From Candidatus Nanobsidianus stetteri (lineage in GTDB: Archaea; Nanobdellota; Nanobdellia; Nanobdellales; Nanobdellaceae), in assembly GCA_000387965.1 (NCBI GenBank), contig APJZ01000002.1, forward strand, positions 150,001 to 182,000: a stretch of DNA of 32,000 bases, read 5' to 3'. Positions 15,999-23,892 of the stretch are shown here, piece by piece; the first letter of the stretch is position 1, and the number at the start of each line of letters is the position of its first letter. Under the pieces are notes generated by a model. It was not told the DNA's origin, did no database searches, and was given only the letters and a program-made list of their open reading frames with translations. The position numbers and the translations under genes are program-made.

Positions 15999-16747
15999 TT
16001 ATTTATATAATAGCATTAGAATTTTAGTTAATGTATTAATCATTTTGGTTGCATCTATTTCATCATCTTTAGAGAAATATTTGAGTTTTTCTATTGTATC
16101 TTTTATATTTAGTTTTGGTGATTGTTTATCCTTATTTAATAGATTTTCATAAATATATACAAAATCGTTTGCAAGACATGATCCCAGAGAATATGGTGAT
16201 GGATATTTTTCTTGTATAAATCTTTCGCATATTTTCATATTTCTTTCCATAATTTCGTATACTTCCGGATATTTATATAATTCATTTTTGTAAAAATATA
16301 CTAAAAATTCAAATACAGAAGCTTTCCATTCATTATTAGAACGAAATACAGTATGTCCAATTTCATGAGTTACCATTAAATCTGTATAAGCTTTTGCTAT
16401 AATCTTTTCTACATCATCATCATTTTTATATACTGGCCATAGTATTCCATTGTGTGTTATAGTAAATAGATTACCAATAAAAATCTTATTTTTATCATTA
16501 ATCCTTTCATTTATTTTTTTATTAACTCACTTTTTATAATATGAACCTCATTTGCTTGTCCCTCATACTCTCCAACACCAAATCCTCTAAATAATTCTGT
16601 TGATTCAAATATTCTCAATTTTGGCCATTCAATTTTTATACCAATTTTATCAAGATATTCTATAGCCTCTTCAAAGCTATTTTTTATAAAAAGATCTAAA
16701 TTGTATCTATCTTCTGGCATTATTAAATAGTAGTAATAAATTTTCAT
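15999..16747 (-). pseudogene. HExxH putative metallopeptidase paralog interrupted by a frame change at an A7 run (pseudogene, homopolymer error, or -1 recoding)
   Basis: ORF 16511-16747 (78 aa) ends 'SELIKK*'. A second frame is open from 16526 down to 15999 with no ATG before 'MVTHEIGH'. The joined product (249 aa) aligns along its length with the 298-aa neighbour. Confidence 0.6.
16514..16520 (-). other. A7 homopolymer (mRNA sense) at the junction of the two frames, immediately before the 0-frame stop
   Basis: The mRNA reads AUA AAA AAA UAA. The -1 frame continues AAA AAA AUA AAU GAA (K K I N E). An A8 run would give one continuous frame. Confidence 0.7.
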
Positions 16748-16855
16748 AAGTTTTTATTATTTTACCTCTAAATTTCATGGATATAATAAAATTATAATTT
16801 TAATTAATATAGTTTAATTAATGTAGTAAAAATTTTAATTACATCTGATAATTGC

Positions 16856-17251
16856 TTATACTAATATAGCATTTACTCCTTCATTCTTTGCAATTTCATA
16901 TTGCTTTTTATCAGATGTTACTAACTCAAGGTTCTTTGATTTGGCTAATGCAATGAACAAAGAGTCATAAATAGTTATTTTATTTCTATTAGCGATTTTA
17001 AATGCTTCAATCAAATATTCATCTTGGTTTACAATTATTATAGCTTCACCTTTTAATAAGTCATAAAGTATTTTAGTTGCAATGTCTTCTTTCATTTCTT
17101 CCATAAGGATCTTTTTCCATAAAGCATTGGCAACTTCTTTTATTGATAAATCTAGAGTTATAACTCCTTCTTCTATTATTTGAGCCACTTTTTCCCAGCC
17201 TTCCTCTTTAGAGAAAAATTTTATTAGGGAAGATGAATCAATGACTCTCAC
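16856..17251 (-). CDS. vapC: PIN-domain ribonuclease toxin VapC
   Basis: The N-terminal 'MRVIDSSSLIKFF' carries the first acidic residue. Later come 'IYDSLFIALA' and 'LVTSDKKQ', typical PIN acidic motifs. It is 131 aa and overlaps the upstream antitoxin gene by 14 nt. Confidence 0.8.
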   Translation of the reverse strand: MRVIDSSSLIKFFSKEEGWEKVAQIIEEGVITLDLSIKEVANALWKKILMEEMKEDIATKILYDLLKGEAIIIVNQDEYLIEAFKIANRNKITIYDSLFIALAKSKNLELVTSDKKQYEIAKNEGVNAILV

Positions 17252-17462
17252 GGTCCTCTCTTATTGATTTTGTAGAGAAACCTTCTTCGCTAGGTTTAAT
17301 ATCTTTCAATTCTTCAATCCATTTATTTACATACTCTTTAGCTTTAACCTTTATATAAAGTTCTTCTAAAAATTTTTTTACTTCTTGACTAATATTTATT
17401 CCATGTTTTTCTAATTCTTCCTTTATTTTTTCATTTATCCTAACGCTAATGACTGTAGACAT
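17238..17462 (-). CDS. vapB: VapB-type antitoxin (ribbon-helix-helix-like)
   Basis: 74 aa. 'TVISVRINEKIKEELEKHGINISQEVKKFLEEL' fits an RHH beta-strand plus two helices. Its position and overlap with vapC support the call. Confidence 0.6.
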   Translation of the reverse strand: MSTVISVRINEKIKEELEKHGINISQEVKKFLEELYIKVKAKEYVNKWIEELKDIKPSEEGFSTKSIREDRESH

Positions 17463-17739
17463 AATTGTTTATTATTTGTAGACATTTATAAAGATTTTCA
17501 TAAAAATTAATGTAAACTATTGAAGAGCTTAAATTCTTCTTTATTTTAATGAATATCATTTGCAAAATGATCTCGACTATTCAATAATAGAATAAATAAA
17601 CAAACCATTTATACTTATAATATATTGATTTAAAGACAAATAAAATATTATTTATTGGTCAGGTTGTAAATCCTCAGTCTTAAAATTCTTGATAAATACA
17701 TAATAAAAAGGTTAAAATTTAAAATTAAATATTAATATT

Positions 17740-18048
17740 ATGGAATATTGTGAAGAATTTTTAAGTAAAATAATAAAAAGCGAATATCTTCAAATTTATG
17801 ATAATTTAGATCTAGAAAAAATGAAAAAAATTATTAATGAAAATATAGATTATTTAATAAAATTAAAAGGTGAAAAAGCTATTGAAGAAATGATTAATAA
17901 TGATAAGTTAATTGAATATTTTCAATGGTTAGTTAAGGAAAAAACTATTTTATATATTCAAAAAGAATTCCTAACTTATATTTATTCAATTAAAGAAAGA
18001 TTTGGCGGAAAAGTTTTAGAAAATTTGATAAGTATGTTAATAAAATAG
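17740..18048 (+). CDS. Hypothetical helical protein whose C-terminus looks like the first helix of a minimal nucleotidyltransferase
   Basis: The C-terminal 'IKERFGGKV' resembles the 'LKEKYGDKV' helix that normally sits directly before the '(I/L)FGS.ARG' motif of MNT-type NTases. The ORF ends at TAG 18046-18048. Confidence 0.4.
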   Translation: MEYCEEFLSKIIKSEYLQIYDNLDLEKMKKIINENIDYLIKLKGEKAIEEMINNDKLIEYFQWLVKEKTILYIQKEFLTYIYSIKERFGGKVLENLISMLIK

Positions 18049-18062
18049 ATAAAAACTGTAGA

Positions 18063-18287
18063 GTGATATTATTTGGATCAATTGTTAGAGGAAATTATAG
18101 AATCGATAGTGATATAGATGTATTAATAATATTACCAAATATCAATGATAATTTTGAAAGAGCAGAAATTGCTGCAAAAATATATAAAAAATTAGGTATG
18201 GAAGATCCTATAGAATTACATATAATATCAGAAGAAGAATATAAAAATTGGTATTCTAAATTTATTGATAAATATGGAGAATATTGA
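18063..18287 (+). CDS. Minimal nucleotidyltransferase (MNT/Pol-beta superfamily) core, N-terminally truncated or interrupted
   Basis: 'ILFGSIVRGNYRIDSDIDVLIILP' is the GS...DxD catalytic signature. The only available start is GTG, and the frame differs from the upstream ORF. Confidence 0.6.
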   Translation: MILFGSIVRGNYRIDSDIDVLIILPNINDNFERAEIAAKIYKKLGMEDPIELHIISEEEYKNWYSKFIDKYGEY

Positions 18288-18711
18288 GTTTTAGATTAAA
18301 AGTATTTAAAAGTTTTTATTATTTTTATTACATAGAGATTTCTTAATCTTACAATTGGAAAAATATCTTTGCAACTTAATATTTAATAATTTAGGTTTTT
18401 TAACTTAGTAGTCAGTATAAGAAATCTATAACATATTTTAAATTTACAATATTCTATGGTTTTTCAGGTTATTATTTATTCATTAATCGTTATATAAAAT
18501 TTTTCTATATTCTACTGGAAAAACTGTTATTTTTAAGTTGGCTTATAGTAGATTAGAAAAAGATTAAAGTATATTTAATTCTTTTTTTATTTTTGTTATG
18601 TTTAAATGTCTAGAATAGCAGAAAAATATCCGACAAGATTTATTTTATAGAACTTTATATAATAGAAAAGAAACAGAAAAACTTTTAAGAAAAATTGATA
18701 AAATTATAAAA

Positions 18712-19707
18712 GTGGGTGAAGCAATAAAGGCAATAAATCTTACTAAATCTTTTGGCAAATTTGTAGCTGTTGATCATATAAATTTTGAAGTTAAGGAAGG
18801 AGAAATATTTGGTTTTCTAGGACCCAATGGTGCTGGAAAATCAACTACTATAAAAATGTTAACTACTGTATTAAAACCTACTGAAGGAACTGCTATAGTT
18901 AATGGTTATGATATAATTAAAGAACCAGCAAAAGTAAGGAACTCTATTGGAGTAGTACCTCAAGAGTTTACTGCTGATGAAGATTTGACAGGATGGGAAA
19001 ATATGATGTTAATGGCTGGGCTTTATGGTATAAAGAAAGATATAGCTAGAGAAAGAGCTAAGGAATTATTAGATATGGTTGAATTAACTCAAGCAATGAA
19101 TAGAAAGGTACAAACATATAGTGGAGGAATGAGGAGGAGATTAGAAATAGCAATGTCTTTAATTAGTAGGCCAAAGATTTTATTCTTAGATGAACCAACC
19201 ATAGGTTTGGATGCTCAGACTAGAAGTGCAATTTGGAATTATATTATGAAGCTTAAGAAAGAATATGGTATGACAATATTTGTTACTACGCATTATTTAG
19301 AGGAGGCTGATCTTTATGCTGATAGAATAGCTATAATTGATCATGGTAAGATACTTGCTATAGGATCACCTAAAGAATTAAAAGAAAGTATAGGAGGTGA
19401 TGTAATTACTTTAAATACTTCAAATGATGATGAAGCTATAAAATTATTACAGAATCTTGATGGTATAATTGATATAAAGAAAGTTGAAAATATGTTAAGG
19501 ATAAAAGTAAAGGATGGAGAAGAAATGGCTCCTAAAATTCTTGAAAGATTAATAAAGAGTGGTTTAAAAGTATTAAAAATGTCAATAACAGAACCTACAA
19601 TGGATGAAGTTTATATGGAATATACAGGTAGAAAAATGAGAGATGAAGAAGCAGATTCGAAAGAAATATTTGCAATGAGAAGAACTTTAAGAAGAGCTAG
19701 AGAATAA
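18712..19707 (+). CDS. ABC transporter ATP-binding protein (ABC-2/DrrA-like exporter type)
   Basis: Walker A 'GPNGAGKST', Q-loop 'VVPQE', signature 'YSGGMRRRL', Walker B 'ILFLDEPT' and H-loop 'TTHYLEEA'. GTG start. Confidence 0.9.
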   Translation: MGEAIKAINLTKSFGKFVAVDHINFEVKEGEIFGFLGPNGAGKSTTIKMLTTVLKPTEGTAIVNGYDIIKEPAKVRNSIGVVPQEFTADEDLTGWENMMLMAGLYGIKKDIARERAKELLDMVELTQAMNRKVQTYSGGMRRRLEIAMSLISRPKILFLDEPTIGLDAQTRSAIWNYIMKLKKEYGMTIFVTTHYLEEADLYADRIAIIDHGKILAIGSPKELKESIGGDVITLNTSNDDEAIKLLQNLDGIIDIKKVENMLRIKVKDGEEMAPKILERLIKSGLKVLKMSITEPTMDEVYMEYTGRKMRDEEADSKEIFAMRRTLRRARE

Positions 19708-19709
19708 AG

Positions 19710-20597
19710 ATGGTTACAGAAATAAAAAAGAAAGAAGAGGATATAGATAGGTCTCCTTTTCATGGTTTGTGGACTTTAACAAATAGAGAGTTAAAGAAAT
19801 GGTATAAAGCTCCAGTAATCCTTCTATTATCCATTATACAACCAATACTTTGGATAGCACTCTTTGGGAAAGCAATGAACTTACAGGCTCTTTTCTCAGG
19901 TACAACTATTTCAATACCTGGGTTGAATATACCGAAAGAAATAATTGATCAAATTGGGCAAGAAATATTAAAACAAACTTTTGGAACAACAGATTATTTT
20001 TCTTACTTAGCTGCTGGGATGTTGTCTTTTATAACGTTGTTTACTTCAATGCAAAGTGGTATGTCAATGGTATGGGATAGAAGGTTAGGTGTATTAGATA
20101 GGCTTTTAACAACCCCTGTATCAAGGAGTAGTATAATTATAAGCAAAGTATTATCTTCAGTAATTAGATCTTTAGTACAAGCTACCATTGTTCTAATTGT
20201 AGCAGTATTATTGGGAATGTCCTTTTATCCTGGAATAAATATCTTTGACTTTCTTGGAGCTTATGCTGCTCTATTTTTAATGTCATTTGGACTTTCTTCT
20301 CTATTTTTGATGATAGCTATTAGAGCAAGTTCGTGGCAGTCACAAATGGCAGTTATGAATTTAGTAAATTTACCATTACTATTTACTAGCAATGCATTTT
20401 ATCCTATAAATTCAATGCCTTCCTGGTTAAAACCGATTGCTGAAATAAATCCATTAACTTATTCGAATGCAGTAATAAGAGGAATGTTACTCGGTATACA
20501 AACAAACTTAATAATAGATTTTACATATCTTATAATATTTGCTACAGTTCTTTCTATAGCTGGTATAATTTTATCATGGAAGTATATTAGTTCTTAA
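19710..20597 (+). CDS. ABC-2 type transporter permease
   Basis: It starts 2 nt after the ATPase gene. It has six hydrophobic spans, and 'RELKKWYKAP' at the N-terminus is typical of ABC-2 permeases. Confidence 0.8.
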   Translation: MVTEIKKKEEDIDRSPFHGLWTLTNRELKKWYKAPVILLLSIIQPILWIALFGKAMNLQALFSGTTISIPGLNIPKEIIDQIGQEILKQTFGTTDYFSYLAAGMLSFITLFTSMQSGMSMVWDRRLGVLDRLLTTPVSRSSIIISKVLSSVIRSLVQATIVLIVAVLLGMSFYPGINIFDFLGAYAALFLMSFGLSSLFLMIAIRASSWQSQMAVMNLVNLPLLFTSNAFYPINSMPSWLKPIAEINPLTYSNAVIRGMLLGIQTNLIIDFTYLIIFATVLSIAGIILSWKYISS

Positions 20598-20633
20598 AAA
20601 ACATTTAAGCACAAAATGATTTAAAAATTTCAA

Positions 20634-21197
20634 TTATTCAGAACTCCACCTTTCTATTATTTCTTTGTTGTCTAGAACTAACATCAGTTTACTCATGTTA
20701 GCTAAAGATCTTTCATGAGCCTGTTTGTCAGATGATGATACAGCTTCTCTAGCTATTACTGGTAAGAATCCTAAAGCTTGTGCATGTCTTGCCGATGTTT
20801 CTACTCCAATATCTGTAGCAATTCCTGTGAAAACAATTACATTGATCCCAGCATTTCTTAACATAAGCTCAAAGTTAGTTCCTACAAATATAGAAGTCGT
20901 ATTTTTATTTAGTATTATATCACTTTCTTTGGGATATACCTCTTTGACTATGTCTCCCGGATTAAATCTCCTTTTTAAATATGGAGGCTGAAATCTTTCT
21001 GGTAAGGGTGTTATCTTAGTGTAAACTATTGGAATATTATATTGTCTTGCAGAGTTAATTAATTCTTTAAGTTTGGTAAGAAATTCATCTTTATTAAATA
21101 TTGAGTTAACTAAAGCCTCTTGTACATCCCATACTACAAGAACAGAGTTTTTCTTATTTATCAACTTTTTCATTTCATCTTTATTATACCATTCCAT
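20634..21197 (-). CDS. Isochorismatase-family (cysteine hydrolase fold) protein with Gly at the nucleophile position
   Basis: '[11 protein letters not shown]' carries the Asp and 'PIVYTKI' the Lys. '[23 protein letters not shown]' aligns with family 'tGiaTd.CVe.Ta..A', but the Cys is replaced by Gly. Confidence 0.75.
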   Translation of the reverse strand: MEWYNKDEMKKLINKKNSVLVVWDVQEALVNSIFNKDEFLTKLKELINSARQYNIPIVYTKITPLPERFQPPYLKRRFNPGDIVKEVYPKESDIILNKNTTSIFVGTNFELMLRNAGINVIVFTGIATDIGVETSARHAQALGFLPVIAREAVSSSDKQAHERSLANMSKLMLVLDNKEIIERWSSE

Positions 21198-21251
21198 AAA
21201 CTATATATTAATTCATAAGTTAAAAAATTATCATCAAACAAAAATAGAACC

Positions 21252-22169
21252 TTATTTAATATTCTTTAAAAATGCTTTTAGTCCCGCAATATTTTTACTA
21301 TGATAAGGATCTACATTATTCTTTTCTGCTAATTTTAATGTAAAAGTTCTTAATGATAATGTGCCTAAAACTAATTCTTCCATTAAATTTCTATATCTTA
21401 AATCAAATAAAAGAACATTATTTCCATACATTTCCAATAAATCTTTCATATAATTTATCCTATATTCAATTCTTTGATAATAATTAAATTTCAATAAAAT
21501 AAAATCTATATTTAATTTTGATATACCTTCTAAATCATGATGATTATATTCAGAAATTATTCCATATTCAGAGAACCATTTTGCATCTTCATTTAGATGC
21601 ATCTTCAATGCTAGAGCAACAGGTTCATGTTTTATATCAGTATAGATCATTATTGGATTTTTTACGTCATTTACAAATATTGATAAATCTTTTAATCTTT
21701 CTCTATAATTTTTTAATATTTCTAATAGTTCATAATATTTTTTCTTATCTAATATTGATAAAATTATTCCTAAAATTACTGGAAATGTATATCTTGTTGC
21801 TGGATAATTATTATCGATTTTTATATAATATAAATTTTTTTCTTTAGCTATTTTTTCCATTTCTCCTCCAGAAGAAATTGTTATAATTTTATTTCCATTA
21901 TTTATTGCTTCATTCATACAATTTAATGTTTCTTCAGTATCTCCAGAATATGAGACAAATATTGTTAACCAATCTTTATCAATAAATTTTGGTAAAAAAT
22001 AATCTTTACAAACAACTATTTCTCTATCATTTAATATTTGTTTTGTATAATCTCCATAAATCCCAGAACCTCCCATTCCAGATATTAATACCTTTTTATA
22101 ATCTAATTCTTCAAGATTTTCATATTTTTTAATTATTGAATAATAATCCAAATAAAATGGGTCATACAT
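21252..22169 (-). CDS. Bifunctional phosphoglucose/phosphomannose isomerase (SIS-domain PGI/PMI, crenarchaeal type)
   Basis: 'ISGMGGSGIYGD' and 'VSYSGDTEETL' are SIS motifs. The length of about 300 aa is typical of archaeal PGI/PMI. Confidence 0.7.
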   Translation of the reverse strand: MYDPFYLDYYSIIKKYENLEELDYKKVLISGMGGSGIYGDYTKQILNDREIVVCKDYFLPKFIDKDWLTIFVSYSGDTEETLNCMNEAINNGNKIITISSGGEMEKIAKEKNLYYIKIDNNYPATRYTFPVILGIILSILDKKKYYELLEILKNYRERLKDLSIFVNDVKNPIMIYTDIKHEPVALALKMHLNEDAKWFSEYGIISEYNHHDLEGISKLNIDFILLKFNYYQRIEYRINYMKDLLEMYGNNVLLFDLRYRNLMEELVLGTLSLRTFTLKLAEKNNVDPYHSKNIAGLKAFLKNIK

Positions 22170-22200
22170 AAAATAGAGGAATATTTTAGATATTATAAAT

Positions 22201-22407
22201 TTATCCTCCAGAAACGGAATCTAATATTTTTATATAATCTCCATCATTTATTATATCATCCTCTGTTACAATTTCTCCATTTTTTACAACAATAAATCTT
22301 GAAGGATCTAAGTTTAACATATTTAATAAATCTTTTACAGTATTTCCGTTAAATTCAATATTATTTTCAGTATAATATCTTTCAATAAATACTCTTATTT
22401 TTTTCAT
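22201..22407 (-). CDS. ThiS/MoaD/SAMP-type ubiquitin-fold sulfur carrier ending in Gly-Gly
   Basis: 68 aa, with C-terminus '...ILDSVSGG*'. 'VVKNGEIV..DD.I.DGD.I.IL' is typical of the beta-grasp ThiS family. Confidence 0.65.
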   Translation of the reverse strand: MKKIRVFIERYYTENNIEFNGNTVKDLLNMLNLDPSRFIVVKNGEIVTEDDIINDGDYIKILDSVSGG

Positions 22408-22442
22408 TAATATTTTTTAAGCTTTATTCTTAAAAATCTTAA

Positions 22443-22850
22443 ATGAAAAAAGAGGATATAATAATATTTATTGTACTTACAGTAATATTTTTTGTAATAT
22501 TTTATATAGCCTTTTATAAATTATTTGGCAAAAATATAGGAACTTCAAAAAATATGCCAATAAATATAACATTTTATCCAAATCCATATCAATATAATGC
22601 AAATTATGTAAATAATACTTTATATTTAAATATAACTGATTATCAATTGCCATATATAAATACTTCCAATTTTATATTAAATATAACTGAGAATATATAC
22701 AATTTAACATGTGGAAAAGAAATAATATATACAAATCAATCAGTATTATGCTATGTAAAAAATATAATTATTGAGAATAATACAATGATTCAATTATTAT
22801 ATCCTTTCAATAATGTTTTATATAATATAGAATATAATATCACGACTTAA
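22443..22850 (+). CDS. Small N-terminally anchored Asn/Tyr-rich extracellular protein
   Basis: N-terminal TM 'IIIFIVLTVIFFVIFYIAFY'. The rest is hydrophilic with several N-x-S/T sites. Confidence 0.45.
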   Translation: MKKEDIIIFIVLTVIFFVIFYIAFYKLFGKNIGTSKNMPINITFYPNPYQYNANYVNNTLYLNITDYQLPYINTSNFILNITENIYNLTCGKEIIYTNQSVLCYVKNIIIENNTMIQLLYPFNNVLYNIEYNITT

Positions 22851-22883
22851 AGTTATAAATAATAATTTTTAAAAATTTAATAT

Positions 22884-22967
22884 GCCGCGGTGCCCGAGTG
22901 GCCCAAGGGGATGGATTGCTAATCCATTCCCCGAAAGGGGGCGTGGGTTCAAATCCCACCCGCGGCG
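22884..22967 (+). tRNA. tRNA-Ser (anticodon GCU), long variable arm
   Basis: Acceptor GCCGCGG/CCGCGGC, anticodon stem ATGGA/TCCAT with loop UUGCUAA, variable arm CCCCGAAAGGGG, T arm GTGGG-TTCAAAT-CCCAC, discriminator G. Confidence 0.9.
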
Positions 22968-23005
22968 TTTATTTTATAAGTAAATTTTACTAAATTACTA
23001 TAATT

Positions 23006-23878
23006 ATGTACCATCATCACGGAGTATCAATATTAGAAATTTTAATAGGAGACTTAGAAACAAAGAAAAATAAACCTAATTATGATAGTTCATATCTAAA
23101 GAGATTAGAAGATTTTTTGGAAAATAAAATAAAAGAGGAATATGGAAATATACCTGTAGTAGCTGCAAGTCTTCTTGTTAAACTTAATAAAAAAGAAAAC
23201 AATGAAATATCTAAAGAAAATCGTTGGTATGTTAGTAATAAAGTATTTGCAAAGTATTTTGAAGAATTGTTAAGATCGAAAACAAAATCTAAAATATATC
23301 CTCTAATATCAGTTGAATACTTTAATGGATATCCTATATTAATAGTTGGGGAACCTGATGGATTAAGTTTTGAAGGTAATAAAGCAAAGATTTACGAAGT
23401 AAAGTCTTTTAATCTTACTGACTTTATCGATCATGTAAGAGAATCAAGGGAAGATATTTTAAATAGAGAAATTTTCAAACTAATAAAAATAAATTCAATT
23501 CAATTAATGTTATATCAATATTTATTAAAGAGGACACAAGAATTTGGCTTATTTAATAATATAGATAAAATTAATCTTTACGAAAAAATTTATATTTATT
23601 CTGAGAATATAGAATATCTGGATTGGGCAAGAGAAACAATAGAACAGAATTTTAATACAATTAAAATGATTGCAAAAGGATATAATACTTATAATTTAAG
23701 TTTAAAAGATAATTTAAGTTTAGAATATATAGGAACTATAAATATAAACAATAAAAGAATATATTATTTTGAAATTGATTCAAGAGTGGGGTATAATCAA
23801 AAAATAGTAAAATATTATCTAAAAAATCTAGATGGAATAATTAAATCTTCAAATCGAGTGGATAATAGAAATTTATAA
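23006..23878 (+). CDS. RecB/Cas4-like PD-(D/E)xK nuclease-fold protein without Fe-S cysteines
   Basis: 'ILIVGEPDGLSFEGNKAKIYEVKSF' gives the D...E-x-K core on two hydrophobic strands. A downstream 'IQLMLYQYLL' matches the QxxxY motif of the RecB/Cas4 family. The protein contains no Cys. Confidence 0.5.
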   Translation: MYHHHGVSILEILIGDLETKKNKPNYDSSYLKRLEDFLENKIKEEYGNIPVVAASLLVKLNKKENNEISKENRWYVSNKVFAKYFEELLRSKTKSKIYPLISVEYFNGYPILIVGEPDGLSFEGNKAKIYEVKSFNLTDFIDHVRESREDILNREIFKLIKINSIQLMLYQYLLKRTQEFGLFNNIDKINLYEKIYIYSENIEYLDWARETIEQNFNTIKMIAKGYNTYNLSLKDNLSLEYIGTININNKRIYYFEIDSRVGYNQKIVKYYLKNLDGIIKSSNRVDNRNL

Positions 23879-23892
23879 AGATTTCCTATATT

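Noticed and set aside
20003-21847. ORFs 20003-20188 (-), 20725-20991 (+), 21073-21303 (+) and 21518-21847 (+)
   Set aside because: They are antisense to the ABC-2 permease, isochorismatase-family and PGI/PMI genes respectively. They have no motifs and a shadow-ORF composition.
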